Shown: one piece after another, positions 49,831 through 63,282 of the stretch
Numbering within the stretch: position 1 is the stretch's first letter
How the letters are laid out: every line of letters begins with the position of its first letter
Assembly: GCA_030390025.1 (NCBI GenBank)
Contig: CM059431.1
Span: 97,032,001-97,096,000, forward strand
Length of the DNA: 64,000 bases
From: Squalus acanthias
Lineage: Eukaryota
Reading direction: 5' to 3'
Notes under the pieces: model-generated
Databases searched by the model: none
Told to the model about the DNA's origin: nothing
What the model saw: only the letters and a program-made list of their open reading frames with translations
Translations under genes and position numbers: made by a program

Positions 49831-50095
49831 ATAACAAGGCTGTCCACCCATAGAGAGTCAAGATCAGCAAACCCCAACCGACAGAACCACCAGCAGACAC
49901 GACAACTTTGACATTACTAAAATGAACTCCAGAGACCACACATACACCTGCACATAAACAAATTGCAGCCTTGGCACCCCTGATAAGTACAGCCTGAATA
50001 GACTTCACCTGATGAAGGAGCAGCGCTCCGAAAGCTTGTGATTTCAAATAAAGCTGTTGGACTATAACCTGGTGTTGTGCGACTTCTCACTTTTG
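49831..50095 (+). mobile_element. Probable Penelope-like element terminal (pLTR) fragment
   Basis: Contains a hammerhead core followed by AATAAA; boundaries are approximate. Confidence 0.55.
50005..50041 (+). ncRNA. Minimal type I hammerhead ribozyme
   Basis: TCAC-CTGATGA-A-GGAGC(AGC)GCTCC-GAAA-GC-TT-GTGA: stem I TCAC/GTGA, both core boxes, a 5-bp stem II and a palindromic AAGCTT stem III. Confidence 0.75.
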
Positions 50096-50150
50096 AATAG
50101 AATGTACACAGAGTGTGGATGAAAAATCCAGAACGTACAGTGACAGGAAA

Positions 50151-50444
50151 CACTGGGGCCCAAACACCAGGCAAACTGGAGCCCAAACACCAGGCAAATT
50201 GGAGCCCAAACACCAGGCAAACTGGGGCCCAAACACTAAGCAAACTGGGGCCCAAACACCAGGCAGACTGGGGCCCAAACACCAGGCAAACTGGGGCCCA
50301 AACACGAAGCAAACTTGTGCCCAAACACCAGGCAAACTGGGTCCCAAACACTAAGCAAACTGGGGCCCAAACACCAAGCAAACTGGGCCCAAACACCAGG
50401 CAAACTGGGTCCCAAACACTAAGCAAACTGGGGCCCAAACACCA
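50151..50444. repeat. Satellite B (23 bp, GGGGCCCAAACACCARGCAAACT), left part
   Basis: About 13 tandem units. Confidence 0.93.
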
Positions 50445-50750
50445 AAAACCCGGGAGAGTTCAAAAGCAGCGGGAGCAGAGCGAGAGCGTCAAAACCCGGG
50501 AGAGTTCAAAAGCAGCAGGAGCAGAGCAAGAGCGCTAAAACCCGGGAGAGTTCAAAAGCAGCGGAAGCAGAGCGAGAGCGCCAAAACCCGAGAGAGTTCA
50601 AAAGCAGCAGGAGCAGAGCAAGAGCGCCAAAACCTGAGAGAGTTCAAAAGCAGCAGGAGCAGAGCAAGAGCGCCAAAACCCGGGAGAGTTCAAAAGCAGC
50701 GGGAGCAGAGCAAGAGCGCCAAAACCCGAGAGAGTTCAAAAGCAGCAGGA
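50445..50750. repeat. 46-bp tandem repeat (~6.7 copies) at the CR1 5' end
   Basis: AAAACCCGGGAGAGTTCAAAAGCAGCRGGAGCAGAGCRAGAGCGCC repeated. Confidence 0.92.
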
Positions 50751-50949
50751 GATGCTGAGATACAAAGAAGTGTAAAGAAGTAAAAAGTAATCGTAGTGTG
50801 ACGTCACCAGAAAGCAGGTAAGTGATTGGTTGGTGAGTATTTCTCTATTTCTCGCTTTTTTTCCCAACTTGAGCATCTAAATTTAAGTGCCTTGGTGTAG
50901 ATTAAAAGATATAAGTGTTCCAAATTTTAAAACTAATTAATCAATTGAG

Positions 50950-51885
50950 ATGGGAGACCAGGCAATGTGTTGTTGCTGTTGCATGTGGGAGCTGGTGGAC
51001 ACCATTGAGGTCCAGGGCGAACACATCTGCAGCAAATGATGGCTGCTCGAGGAACTTCGGCTAAGAGTTGATGAGCTGGAGTCCGAGCTTCAGGCACTGC
51101 GACACATTAGGGAGGGGGAGCTTTACCTGGACACTATGTTCCAGAAGGCAGTCACACCCACTAGAATAATTACTTCCAATTTGGCCCATGGTCAGGGACA
51201 GGAGGGTGTGACTACAAGCGAGGCAGGTATTGGGATCCAGGAGGTAGTGGTGGAGGAGCCTCAGCCCTTGGCCTTGTCCAACAGGTACGAGATTCTTGCT
51301 CCCTGTGTGGACGAGGCCAGGGACTGCAGGGAGGATGAGCAAACTGACCACAGCACCGTGGGGGGAGCAAAAAGAAATGTGATAGTGGTAGGTGACAGTA
51401 TAGTTAGGGGGATAGACACTGTTCTCTGCAGCCAAGAGTGTGAGTCACGAAGGCTGTGTTGCCTGCCCGGTGCCAGGGTTAAGGACATCTCCTCTGGGCT
51501 GGAGAGAAACTTGGAGTGGGAGGGGGAAGATCCAATTGTCATGGTCCACGTAGGTACCAATGACATAGGTAGGACAAAGAAAGAGGTTCTGCTGAGAGAA
51601 TATGAGCAGCTAGGGGCTAAATTAAAAAGCAGAACCACAAAGGTAATAATCTCTGGATTACTACCTGAGCCACGAGCGAATTTGCATAGGGTAAATAAGA
51701 TCAGAGAAATGAACGAGTGGCTCAAAGACTGGTGTGGGAGAAATGGGTTTCGATTTGTGGGGCACTGGCACCAGTACTGGGATAAAAGGGAGCTGTTCCG
51801 TTTGGACGGGCTTCACTTGAACCATGCTGGGGCTAGAGTCCTGGCAAATCGAATAACTAGGGCTGTAGAGAGGGCTTTAAACTAA
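50950..51885 (+). pseudogene. CR1 ORF1 (Cys-rich zinc-finger-like / coiled coil / SGNH esterase) with an in-frame stop at 51037
   Basis: VVGDSIVR, PGA, HVGTND and DGLHL esterase blocks; ATG 50950 is in frame with ORF 51136-51885. Confidence 0.85.
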
Positions 51886-52039
51886 ATCGTGGGGGGGAGG
51901 ATCCAGGTGAGCGGGAAAATAAAAAGTCAATGAGAAATGAGAAAGCAATAGAGCAGGCTAGAGATGGGGGAAATAATAACCAGAGTGTGACAGGAAGGGA
52001 CAGAATAAAAAAAAGGCCAAAACAAGGAAAAATGGTAAA

Positions 52040-54850
52040 AAGACAAAGTTAAAAGTTCTATATCTGAATGCATGCAGCATTTGTAACAAGATAAATGAGT
52101 TAACGGCACAAATAGATACAAATGGGTATGATCTGATCGCCATTACAGAGACGTGGTTGCAAGGTGACCAGGGTTGGGAACTGAATATTCCAGGGTATAT
52201 GATAATTCGGAAGGATAGAAAGAAAGGAAAGGGAGGTGGGGTGGCTTTGTTGGTAAAAGATGGGATCAGTGCAGTGGTGAGAAGTGATATTGGCTCTGAA
52301 GATCAAGATATAGAATCGGTTTGGGTGGAGATAAAAAATAATAAGGGGAAAAAGTCTCTGGTGGGCGTATTCTACAGGCCCCCGAACAATAGCAATGCTG
52401 TTGGACAGAGTATAAATCAACAAATAATGGAGGCCTGTAAAAAAGATACAGTAACAATCATGGGTGATTTTAATCTCCATATTGATTGGACAAATCAAAT
52501 TGGCCATGGTAGCCTGGAGGAGGAGTTCATAGAGTGCATCCAGGATGTTTTCCTAGAACAGTATGTAATGGAACCAACCAGGGAGCAGGCTATCTTGGAT
52601 CTGGTACTATGTAATGAGACAGAATTAATAAATGATCTCATAGTAAAGGATCCTCTAGGAAAGAGTGATCATAGCATGGTTGAATTTCAAATTCAGTTGG
52701 AGGGTGAGAAAGTTGTATCCCAAACCAGTGTCCTGATCTTAAACAAAGGCAATTATAATGGCATGAGGGCAGAACTGGCTAAAGTGGACTGGAAAAACAA
52801 ATTAAAGGGTAAGAAAGTTGAAATGCAGTGGCGGACATTTAAGGAGATATTTCATAACTCTCAACAAAAATATATTCCAGTGAGAAAGAAAGATTTTAAG
52901 AGAAGGGAGCACCATCCATGGCTAACTAAGGAAGTAAAGGATGGTATCAAATTGAAAATGAAGGCATACAATGTTGCCAAGATTGGTGGGAGACCAGAGC
53001 ATTGGGAAATTTTAAAAAACCGACAAAGGATGACTAAAGAAATAAAGAGAGAGAGATGAATTATGAGAGTAAGCTGGCAAGAAACATTAAAACAGACAGT
53101 AAGAGCTTCTACAGGTATATAGAGGAAGAGGGTAGCTAAAGTAAACGTTGGTCCCTTAGAGGATGAGACTGGGGAATTATTAATGGGGAACGGGGACATA
53201 GCAGAGACTCTGAACAAATATTTTGCATCTGTCTTCACTGTAGAAGACACTAACAACATCCCAATAATGGATAATCAAGGGGCCACAGGGAGTGGGGAAC
53301 TAAAGACAATCACTATCACAAAGGAAATAGTACTCGGTAAAATAATGGGACTAAAAGACGAAAAGTCCCCTGGTCCAGATGGCCTGCATCCCAGGGTCTT
53401 AAAAGAAGTGGCTACAGAGATAGTGGATGCATTGGTTGCAATATATCAAAATTCCCTGGACTCTGGAGAGGTCCCAGCGGATTGGAAAACCGCTAATGTA
53501 ACACCCCTATTTAAGAAAGGAAATAGACAGAAAGCAGGAAGCTATAGACCAGTTAGCCTAACATCTGTTGTTGGGAAAATGCTGGAGTCCTTCATTAAGG
53601 AAGCAGAAGCAGGGCATTTAGAAAAACATACTGCAGTCAAACAGAGTCAGCATGGTTTTAGGAAAGGGAAATCATGTTTAACAAATTTACTGGAGTTCTT
53701 TGAGGATGTAACAAGCAGGGTGGACAAGGGTGAGCCAGTGGATGTGGTGTATTTGGATTTCCAGAAGGCATTCGATAAGGTGCCACATAAAAGGTTACTG
53801 CATAAGATAAGAGCTCACGGAGTTGGGGGTAATATATAAGCATGGATAGAGAATTGGCTAACTAACAGAAAGCAGAGAGTCGGGATAAATGGGTCATTTT
53901 CTGGTTGGCAAACGGTAACTAGTGGGGTGCCACAAGGATCGGTGCTGGGGCCCCAACTATTTACAATCTACATTAATGACTTGGATGAAGGGATTGAGTG
54001 TAATGTAGCCAAGTTTGTGGATGATACAAAGGTGGGTGGGAAAGCAAGTTGTGCAGAGGACTCAAAGAATCTGCAAAGGGATATAGACAGACTAGGTGAG
54101 TGGGCAAACATTTGGCAGATGGATTATAAAGTGGGAAAGTGCGAGGTTATACACTTTGGAAGGAAAAATAAAAAAGCAAACTATTATTTAAATGGAGAGA
54201 GATTACAAAATGCTACAGTTCAGAGGGACCTGGGGGACCTTGTGCATGAAACACAAAAGTTAGCATGCAGGTACAGCAAGTAATCAAAAAGGCAAATGGA
54301 ATGTTGGCCTTTATTTCAAGGGGGTTGGAGTATAAAAGCAGGGAAGTCCTGCTACAACTGTACAAGGTATTGGTGAGACCATACCTTGAGTACTGCGTAC
54401 AGTTTTGGTCTCCTTATTTAAGGAAGGATATACTTGCATTGGAGGCAGTTCAGAGACGATTCACTAGGTTAATTCCAGAGATGAGGGGTTTGACTTATGA
54501 GGAAAGGTTGAGCAGGCTGGGCCTATACTCATTGGAATTTAAAAGAATGAGAGGTGATCTTATTGAAACATATAACATACTGAGCGGGCTCAACAGGGCA
54601 GATGCAGAGAGGATGTTTCCCCTCATGGGGAAATCTAGAACCCGGGAGCACAGTCTCAGAATAAAGGGTCGCCCTTTTAGAACTGAGATGACGAGGAACT
54701 TCTTCTCTCAGAGGGTCGTAAATCTGTGGAATTCTGTGCCCCAGAGAGATGTGGAGGCTGGGTCATTAAATACATTTAAAGTGGTGATAGACAAATTTTT
54801 GCAAGATAAGGGCGTGAAGGTTATGGGGAGCGTCTGGGAAGTGGCTTTGA
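52040..54850 (+). pseudogene. CR1 ORF2 (AP endonuclease + reverse transcriptase), frameshifted
   Basis: ITETWL, GGGVAL, MGDFN, LDL, SDH; PGPDG, YRPVSLTS, YLDFQKAFDKV, PQGSVLGP, FVDD, spread over several frames. Confidence 0.9.
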
Positions 54851-54941
54851 GCCCTAGATCAGCCATGATCTTATTGAATGGCGGAGCAGGCTCGAGGGGC
54901 CTTGTGGCCTATTCCTGCTCCTATTTCTTATGTTCTTATGT

Positions 54942-57900
54942 AAACTGGGGCCCATACACCAGGCAAACTGGGGCCCAAACACCAGGAAAACTGAAGCCCA
55001 ATAACCAGGCAAACTGGAGCCCAAACACCAGGCAAACTGGAGCCCAAACACCAGGCAAACTGGGGCCCAAACACCAGGCAAACTGGGGCCCAAACACCAG
55101 GCGAATGAGGGCTCAAACACCATGTAAACTGGGGCCCAAACACCAGGTAAACTGGGGCCCAAACACCAGGTAAACTGGGGCCCAAACACCAGGCAAACTG
55201 GAGCCCAAACACCAGGTAAACTGGGGCCCAAACACTAAGGAAACTGGAGACCAATCACCAGGCAATGGGGCCCAAACATCAGGCAAACTGGAGCCCAAAT
55301 ACTAGGCAAACTGGAGCCCAAACACCAGGCAAACTGGAGCCCAAACACCAGGTAAACTGGGGCCCAAACACCAGGCGAATGAGGGCTCAAACACCAGGTA
55401 AACTGGGGCCCAAACACCAGGCAAACTGGGGCCCGAACACCAGGCAAACTGGGGCCCAAACACCAAGCAAACTCGACCACAAACACCAGGCAAACTGGGG
55501 CCCAAACACCAAGCAAACTGGACCACAAACACCAGGCAAACTGGGGCCCAAACACCAAGCCAACTGGGGCCCAAACACCAGGCAAACTGGGGCCCAAACA
55601 CCAAGCAAACTGGACCACAAACACCAGGCAAACTGGACCACAAACACCAAGCAAACTGGGGCCCAAACACCAGGCAAACTGGGGCCCAAACACCAGGCAA
55701 ACTGGGGCCCAAACACCAGGCAAACTGGGGCCCAAACACCAAGCAAACTGGGGCCCAAACACCAAGCAAACTGGGGCCCAAACACCAGGCAAACTGGGGC
55801 CCAAACACCAGGCAAACTGGGGCCCAAACACCAGGCAAACTGGAGCCCAAACACCAGGCAAACTGGACCACAAACACCAAGCAAACTGGGGCCCAAACAC
55901 CAGGCAAACTGGGGCCCAAACACCAAGCAAACTGGACCACAAACACGAAGCAAACTGGGGCCCAAACACCAGGCAAACTGGGGCTCCAAACACCAGGCAA
56001 ACTGGGGCCTAAACACCAGGCAAACTGGGGCCCAAACACCAGGCAAACTGGAGCCCAAACACCAAGCAAACTGGACCACAAACACCAAGCAAACTGGGCC
56101 CAAACACCAAGCCAACTGGGGCCCAAACACCAGGCAAACTGGGGCCCAAACACCAGGCAAACTGGAGCCCAAACACCAGGCAAACTGGACCACAAACACC
56201 AAGCAAACTGGGCCCAAACACCAAGCCAACTGGGGCCCAAACACCAGGCAAACTGGGGCCCAAACACCAGGCAAACTGGAGCCCAAACACCAGGCAAACT
56301 GGAGCCCAAACACCAGGTAAACTGGGGCCCAAACACCAGGCAAACAGGGGCCCAAACACGAGGCAAACTGGGGCCCAAACACCAAGCAAACTGGGGCCCA
56401 AACACCAGGCAAACTGGGGCCCAAACACCAAGCAAACTGGACCACAAACACCAAGCAAACTGGGGCCCAAACACCAGGAAAACTGGGGCCCAAACACCAA
56501 GCAAACTGGGGCTCCAAACACCAGGCAAACTGGGGCCCAAACACCAAGCAAACTGGGGCTCCAAACACCAGGCAAACTGGGGCCCAAACACCAAGCCAAC
56601 TGGGGCCCAAACACCACGCAAACTGGGGCCCAAACACCAAGCAAACTGGGGCCCAAACACCAAGCAAACTGGACCACAAACACCAAGCAAACTGGACCAC
56701 AAACACCAAGCAAACTGGGGCCCAAACACCAGGCAAACTGGGGCCCAAACACTAAGCAAACTGGGGCCCAAACACCAGGCAAACTGGGGCCCAAACACTA
56801 AGCAAACTGGGGCTCCAAACACCAGGCAAACTGGGGCCCAAACACCAAGCAAACTGGGGCTCCAAACACCAGGCAAACTGGGGCCCAAACACCAAGCAAA
56901 CTGGACCACAAACACCAAGCAAACTGGGGCCCAAACACCAGGCAAACTGGGGCCCAAACACCAGGCAAACTGGGGCCCAAACACCAAGCAAACTGGGTCC
57001 CAAACACCAGGCAAACTGGGGCCCAAACACCAAGCAAACTGGACCACAAACACCAAGCAAACTGGGGCCCAAACACCAGGCAAACTGGGGCCCAAACACC
57101 AAGCAAACTGGGGCTCCAAACACCAGGCAAACTGGGGCCCAAACACCAAGCAAACTGGACCACAAACACCAAGCAAACTGGGGCCCAAACACCAAGCAAA
57201 CTGGGGCCCAAACACCAGGCAAACTGGGGCCCAAACACCAGGCAAACTGGGGCCCAAACACCAAGCAAACTGGACCACAAACACCAAGCAAACTGGGGCC
57301 CAAACACCAGGCAAACTGGGGCCCAAACACCAGGCAAACTGGGGCCCAAACACCAAGCCAACTGGGGCCCAAACACCAAGCAAACTGGGGCCCAAACACC
57401 AAGCAAACTGGGGCTCCAAACACCAGGCAAACTGGGGCCCAAACACCAAGCAAACTGGAGCCCAAACACCAAGCAAACTGGACCACAAACACCAAGCAAA
57501 CTGGACCACAAACACCAAGCAAACTGGACCACAAACACCAAGCAAACTGGGGCCCAAACACCAGGCAAACTGGGGCCCAAACACCAACCAAACTGGGGCT
57601 CCAAACACCAGGCAAACTGGGGCCCAAACACCAAGCAAACTGGGGCTCCAAACACCAGGCAAACTGGGGCCCAAACACCAAGCCAACTGGGGCCCAAACA
57701 CCAAGCAAACTGGGGCCCAAACACCAAGCAAACTGGGGCTCCAAACACCAGGCAAACTGGGGTCCAAACACCAAGCAAACTGGACCACAAACACCAAGCA
57801 TACTGGGGCTCCAAACACCAGGCAAACTGGGGCCCAAACACCAAGCCAACTGGGGCCCAAACACCAGGCAAACTGGGGCCCAAACACCAAGCAAACTGGA

Positions 57901-58440
57901 CCACAAACACCAAGCAAACTGGGGCCCAAACACCAGGCAAACTGGGGCCCAAACACCAAGCATACTGGGGCTCCAAACACCAGGCAAACTGGGGCCCAAA
58001 CACCAGGCAAACTGGGGCCCAAACACCAAGCAAACTGGAGCCCAAACACCAGGCAAACTGGGGCCCAAACACCAGGCAAACTGGAGCCCAAACACCAGGC
58101 AAACTGGAGCCCAAACACCAGGTAAACTGGGGCCCAAACACCAGGCAAACAGGGGCCCAAACACGAGGCAAACTGGGGCCCAAACACCAAGCAAACAGGG
58201 GCCCAAACACCAGGCAAACTGGAGCCCAGACACCAGGCAAACTGGGCCCCAAACGCCAAAGAAACTGGGGCCCAGACACCAGGCAAACAGGGGCCCAAAC
58301 ACGAGGCAAACTGGGGCCCAAACACCAAGCAAACAGGGGCCCAAACACCAGGCAAACTGGAGCCCAGACACCAGGCAAACTGGGCCCCAAATACCAGGCA
58401 AACTGGGCCCCAAATACCAGGCAAACTGGGTCCCAAATAC
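54942..58440. repeat. Satellite B, main array (~150 units of 23 bp), more homogeneous than satellite A
   Basis: GGGGCCCAAACACCARGCAAACT, with GGACCAC, GGAGCCC and GGGGCTCC variants. Confidence 0.97.
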
Positions 58441-59899
58441 CTGCCCTTATGTTCAGCAATGTCACATTCACCAGAACTTTCTGCATAAGGAACAAACTTG
58501 TTCTTAACTTGCTTTTTTTGCCCCTGGTAGCGTAAAATATTTAAAGGCCCTCACTAGCACTTGCAGCAGAATCAACATTGAAGATATTGCTCTGGAACTG
58601 TCAGCTAAACAATATTTACAGAAAATGTAAATATCTGATTCAATCACCTGTGTAAATGCAATATAAAAAAATAGATAATCTGGCATCGACACAAGCTTCT
58701 CGCACCCAGCGTTCGAACTCTGTCAAAATTCACCCGTTGTTTTGTACATTTAGACAACTCCGGCTGCTGAATTTGAGATGAAGGCCGTTTCACGCATGGA
58801 GTGAGCAGCTGGGAGTATTTTAAGATTTGTGGAGGGGAGTAGGTTAGCTCGTAACCTGTGAGTCGTGAGCAAAGTGAACCTGAATCGGCGTGTGTTTCCT
58901 ACATTGTAGACTATCTTACAAACACGGGACATAACGGGGCATTTCAACACAAGGTTTTGTCATATAGCTTCCTCTGGAAGTAAATGCCGGAGTCACAGTT
59001 TCGTCGTTTCACTTTATTTATGAGGTCTTAATGAAAAAAGTGGATTTAAGTAGGTCCCTAAACCAGCTGAGACCTTACTGTAATAAAACAGCAAAGCCTC
59101 ACTAGTCATATGTACATTTACTGTAATTTCTGTTAGGGGCGGGGGTGGGGTGGGGGTTGCACCGTTTAAAAGAGTTGGATGCAAGTACGATTTGTACTAA
59201 TGTTGTGGTTTAGAAAAAGAATTAAAGAAATGTGATCCCAGTGGTGACGGCTCCGTACCCTGGGCTGTGAACACACTCTGGGGTTCCACCCGTCAGTCAG
59301 TCAGTCTGACTCTGACAGTACTGTCACATTCTGTCACTCCGTGTCTCTGTACTCAGAGAATGTGACAAACAACTGTCAGATCAGCATCGAAAAACAGAAC
59401 ACCTGCGCCGTTATCTGTGGTGTATTGTACATGGTTATATCAGAGCAAGTCCCGAACAATTACAGATGTAGATTAGAGTTGCACCGTGCTTGTTGTTATC
59501 CGGGATTGACTGAGCCGGAACTCTGTGAATTCCTAAAAGAAACAAAGACAAAGCCTGACTTTCCGATGACTCGCAGATTCATAACTGTAAAAAAAACCTG
59601 CAAACCCGCGGATTTTGTAAAGGCGACACACTGGGATTGTTGGACAGCAGAACTAGTTTGCTTGTGAAAATTACACTTCCATGTTGTAAAATCACTGGTG
59701 CCATGAGATAAACTTTCAAATGTGCAACTTGCCCGAGTCACCAAACGGCACATGAACCAGACTAATTCATAGGAATAGAACATAGACACAATATCCTTCC
59801 AAATTTAGTTAGATCAGCTACTGTTTACATATTTTGGGGAGATTTTATATGTTTGTTAATTTCGGAATGGGCTGGGTACTTGTCCTCCTCACAGCTTAC

Positions 59900-62155
59900 T
59901 TTCCCACCTAGCTTTGTATCTTCAGCAAACTTGGATACATTGCACTCAGTCCCTCATCTAAGTCATTGATATAGATTATAAATAGCGAGGCCCAAGCACT
60001 GATCCTTGCTGCACCGCACTAGTTACAGACTGCCAACTGGAAAATAACCAGTTTATCCTGATGCTCTGTTTTCTGTCCATTAACCAATCCTCTATCCTCG
60101 CTAATATATTGCCCTCAACTCCATGAGCCCTGATCTTGCATAGCAACCTTTTATGGGGCACCTTATCGAATGCCTTTTGGAAATCCAAATATATTCCATC
60201 CACTGGTTCCCCTTTATCTACCCTCCTAGTTACATCCACAAAAAGCTCTAATAAATATGCTAAACACGAGTTCCCTTTCATAAAGCTATGTTGACTCTGC
60301 CTAATCATATTATGATTTTCTAAGTGCCCTGTTACCACTTAATAATGGATTCCAGCATTTTCCAGATGACTGATGTCAGGCTAGCTGGCCTGTAGTTACC
60401 TGTTTTTTCTCTCCCTCCTTTCTTGAATAGCAGGATTACATTTGCTACCTTGCAATCCACTGGGACTGTTTGTTTCTTAAGTACTTTTTCTCTACTGATA
60501 TTAATTACTTTAAGTTCCTCACTGTTATTAGACCCTTGGTTCCCCACTATTTTCAGTATGCTTTTTATGATTTCTACTGTGAAGACAGATACAAAGTATG
60601 TTTAAAGTCTCTGCCATTTCCTTATTCACCATTATAATTTCACCTGTCTCCGCTTCTAAGGGACCAATGCTTACTTTTGCTACTCTCTTCCTTTTTACAT
60701 ACTTATAGATGTTCTTACAATCTGTTTTTAGATTTCTTGTTAGTTTACTCTCATATTCTATTTTTTCCCTTTTTATCAATTTTTTTGTCACCTTTGCTGG
60801 CTTCTAAGGCTCTCCCAATCCTCAGGCTTACTACTATTATTTGCAACATTATAAGCCTCTTCTATTAATCTAATACTATCCTTAAATTCTTTAGTTAGCC
60901 ACAGATGGATCACTTTTGCTGTGGAGTTTTTATTTCTCAATGGAATGTATATTTGTTGAGAATTTTGGAATATTTCTTTAAATGTTTACCACTGTTTTTC
61001 TACCACCATACCTTTTAATCTAATTTCCCAATCTACCTTAGTTAACTCACTGCTCTTATCTATGTAACTGGCTTTATTTAAGTTTAAGACTCTCGTTTCT
61101 GACATAAGTATTTCACTCTCAAACTCAATGTGAAATGTTTAATATTATGATCACTCTTTCCCGAGGATCTTTTACTATGAGATTACTAATTAACCCTGTC
61201 TCATTACACAAAACAAGATCTAAAATAGCTTGTTCCCTGGTTGGTTCCATGAAGTATTGTTCTAGGAAACTGTTTTGAATGCATTCCATTAACTCATCAT
61301 CCAGACTACCATTGCCAATTTGATTTGCCCAGTCTATATTAAGATTAAAGCCCCCATGATTATTGTATTACCCTTGTTACAAGCTCCTATTATTTGTTGA
61401 TTAATACTCTGTCCAATGGTATAGCTACTATTTGGGGGCCTATAAATTACTCCCACCATGTTTCCTGCCCCTTGTTATTTCTTATCTCCACCCATACTGA
61501 TTCTACTTCCTGATCTTCTGAGCCAAGATCCTTTCTCACTACTGTCCTTATGTCATCTTTTATTACCAGGACTACCCCCCTCCTTTTCCATTCTGCCAGT
61601 CTTTTCAAAATGTCAAGTACCTAGGAATATTTAGTTCCCAACCTTGGTCACCTTGCAGCCACGTCTCTGTAATGGCTATTAGATCAAAGGCATTTATCTC
61701 TACTTGAGCCACTAATTCTACCTGAATGCATTCAGAATAAGATAACGAGCCTTTAATTTTAACTTTTTACCATGAATCTCTGCTTTCACCTTATTAGCTG
61801 ATGCACTTTTCCCGTTAAACTCTCTGTCCCTTCCTGTCACACTCTGCTTATCTTTACACAAATCACTACACTGGTCCATTGCCTTGACATTTCACTTTAG
61901 ATTTTTAAATTTCCCCTCACCTGACCCCTCCTCCCTTTTTAGTTTAAAGCCCTATATACAGCCCCAGTTATTCAATTCATCAGGACACTGGTCCCAGTCC
62001 AGTTTAAGTGGACACCGTCCCAACGGAACAGCTCCTTCTTTTCCCAGTACTGGTACCAGAGCCCCATGAATTGGAACCCCTTCCTTCCACACAACTCTTT
62101 GAGCCACGCATTTAACTCTCTGATTTGCCTGTCCCTTTGCCAATTTGCGTGTGGC
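59900..62155 (-). mobile_element. Degenerate CR1 LINE on the minus strand (ORF1 end, endonuclease, RT up to the ADD motif)
   Basis: ORF fragments YLDFQKAFDKV, QGSVLGP, NYRPASLTS, RWDGVHLN; many stops and an internal deletion. Confidence 0.88.
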
Positions 62156-63282
62156 AATTGCGTGGGGTTAAGGTACTGATTTGGAGAGAGAACTGGTTGG
62201 CAGACAGGAAGCAAAGAGTTGGAATAAACGGATCTTTTTCTGAGTGGCAGGCAGTGACTAGTGGGGTACCGCAGGGATCAGTGCTAGGACCCCAGCTATT
62301 CACAATATATATTTATGATCTAGACGAGGGAACTAGATGTAATATCTCCAAGTTTGCAGATGACAGAAAGCTGGGTGGGCATGTGTGCTGTGAGGAGGAT
62401 GCAGAGAAACTCCAGTATGATTTGGACAGGTTGGGTGATTGGGCAGATGCATGGCAGATGCAGTATAATGTGGATAAATGCGAGGTTATCCACTTTGGTG
62501 GCAAAAACAGGAAGACAGATTATTATCTGAACGGCAATAGATTGGGAAAAGGGGAAGTGCAACGAGTTCTGGGAGTCCTTGTGCACCAGTCACTGAAGGT
62601 AAGCATGCAGGTGCAGCAGGCGGTTAAGAAGGCAAATGGTATGTTGGCCTTCATAGCGAGAGGATTCGAGTACAGGAGCAAGGATGTCTTGCTGCAGTTG
62701 TACAAGGCCTTGGTGAGACCACACCTTGAGTATTGTGTGCAGTTTTGGTCGCCTTATCTGAGGAAGGATGTTCTTGCCATGGAGGGACTGCAGCGAAGAT
62801 TTACCAGACTGATACCTGGGATGGCAGGAATGACGTATGAAGAGAGATTGGGTCGATTAGGCTTATATTCGCTAGAGTTTAGAAGAATGAGAGGGGATCT
62901 CATTGAAACTTATAAAATTCTAACAGGACTAGACCGACTAGATGCAGGAAGGATGTTCCCGATGGCGGGGGAGTCCAGAACCAGAGGTCACAGTCTAAGG
63001 ATAAGGGGTAAGCCATTTAGGACTGAGATGAGGAGGAATTTCTTCACCCAGAGAGTGGTGAACCTGTGGAATTCTCTACCACAGAAGGCAGTTGAGGCCA
63101 ATTCATTAAATATATTCAAGAAGGAGATAGATATATTTCTTAAGGCTAAAGGGATCAAGGGATATGGGGAGAAAGCAGGGACAGGGTACTGAATTTGGAT
63201 GATCAGCCATGATCTCATTAAATGGCGGAGCAGGCTCGAGGGGCTGAATGGCCTACTCTTGCTCCTATCTTCTATGCTCTAT
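62156..63282 (+). mobile_element. Younger 5'-truncated CR1 nested in the minus-strand CR1
   Basis: Open 3' ORF2 (PQGSVLGP, FADD, RGDLIETYK) to 63192 with a CTATG tail; it interrupts the host ORF1. Confidence 0.9.

Larger units (their letters stand above)
50445..54941 (+). mobile_element. Near full-length CR1 LINE inserted in satellite B, degenerate
   Basis: Tandem-repeat 5' UTR, esterase-type ORF1, APE+RT ORF2 in pieces, TTCTTATG tail. Confidence 0.93.

Noticed and set aside
55302..58495. 1044-aa and other long minus-strand ORFs
   Set aside because: They are translations of satellite B, and all three frames give the same peptide.
58500..59900. Short ORFs in the unique region
   Set aside because: They have no recognisable motifs and are of chance length.
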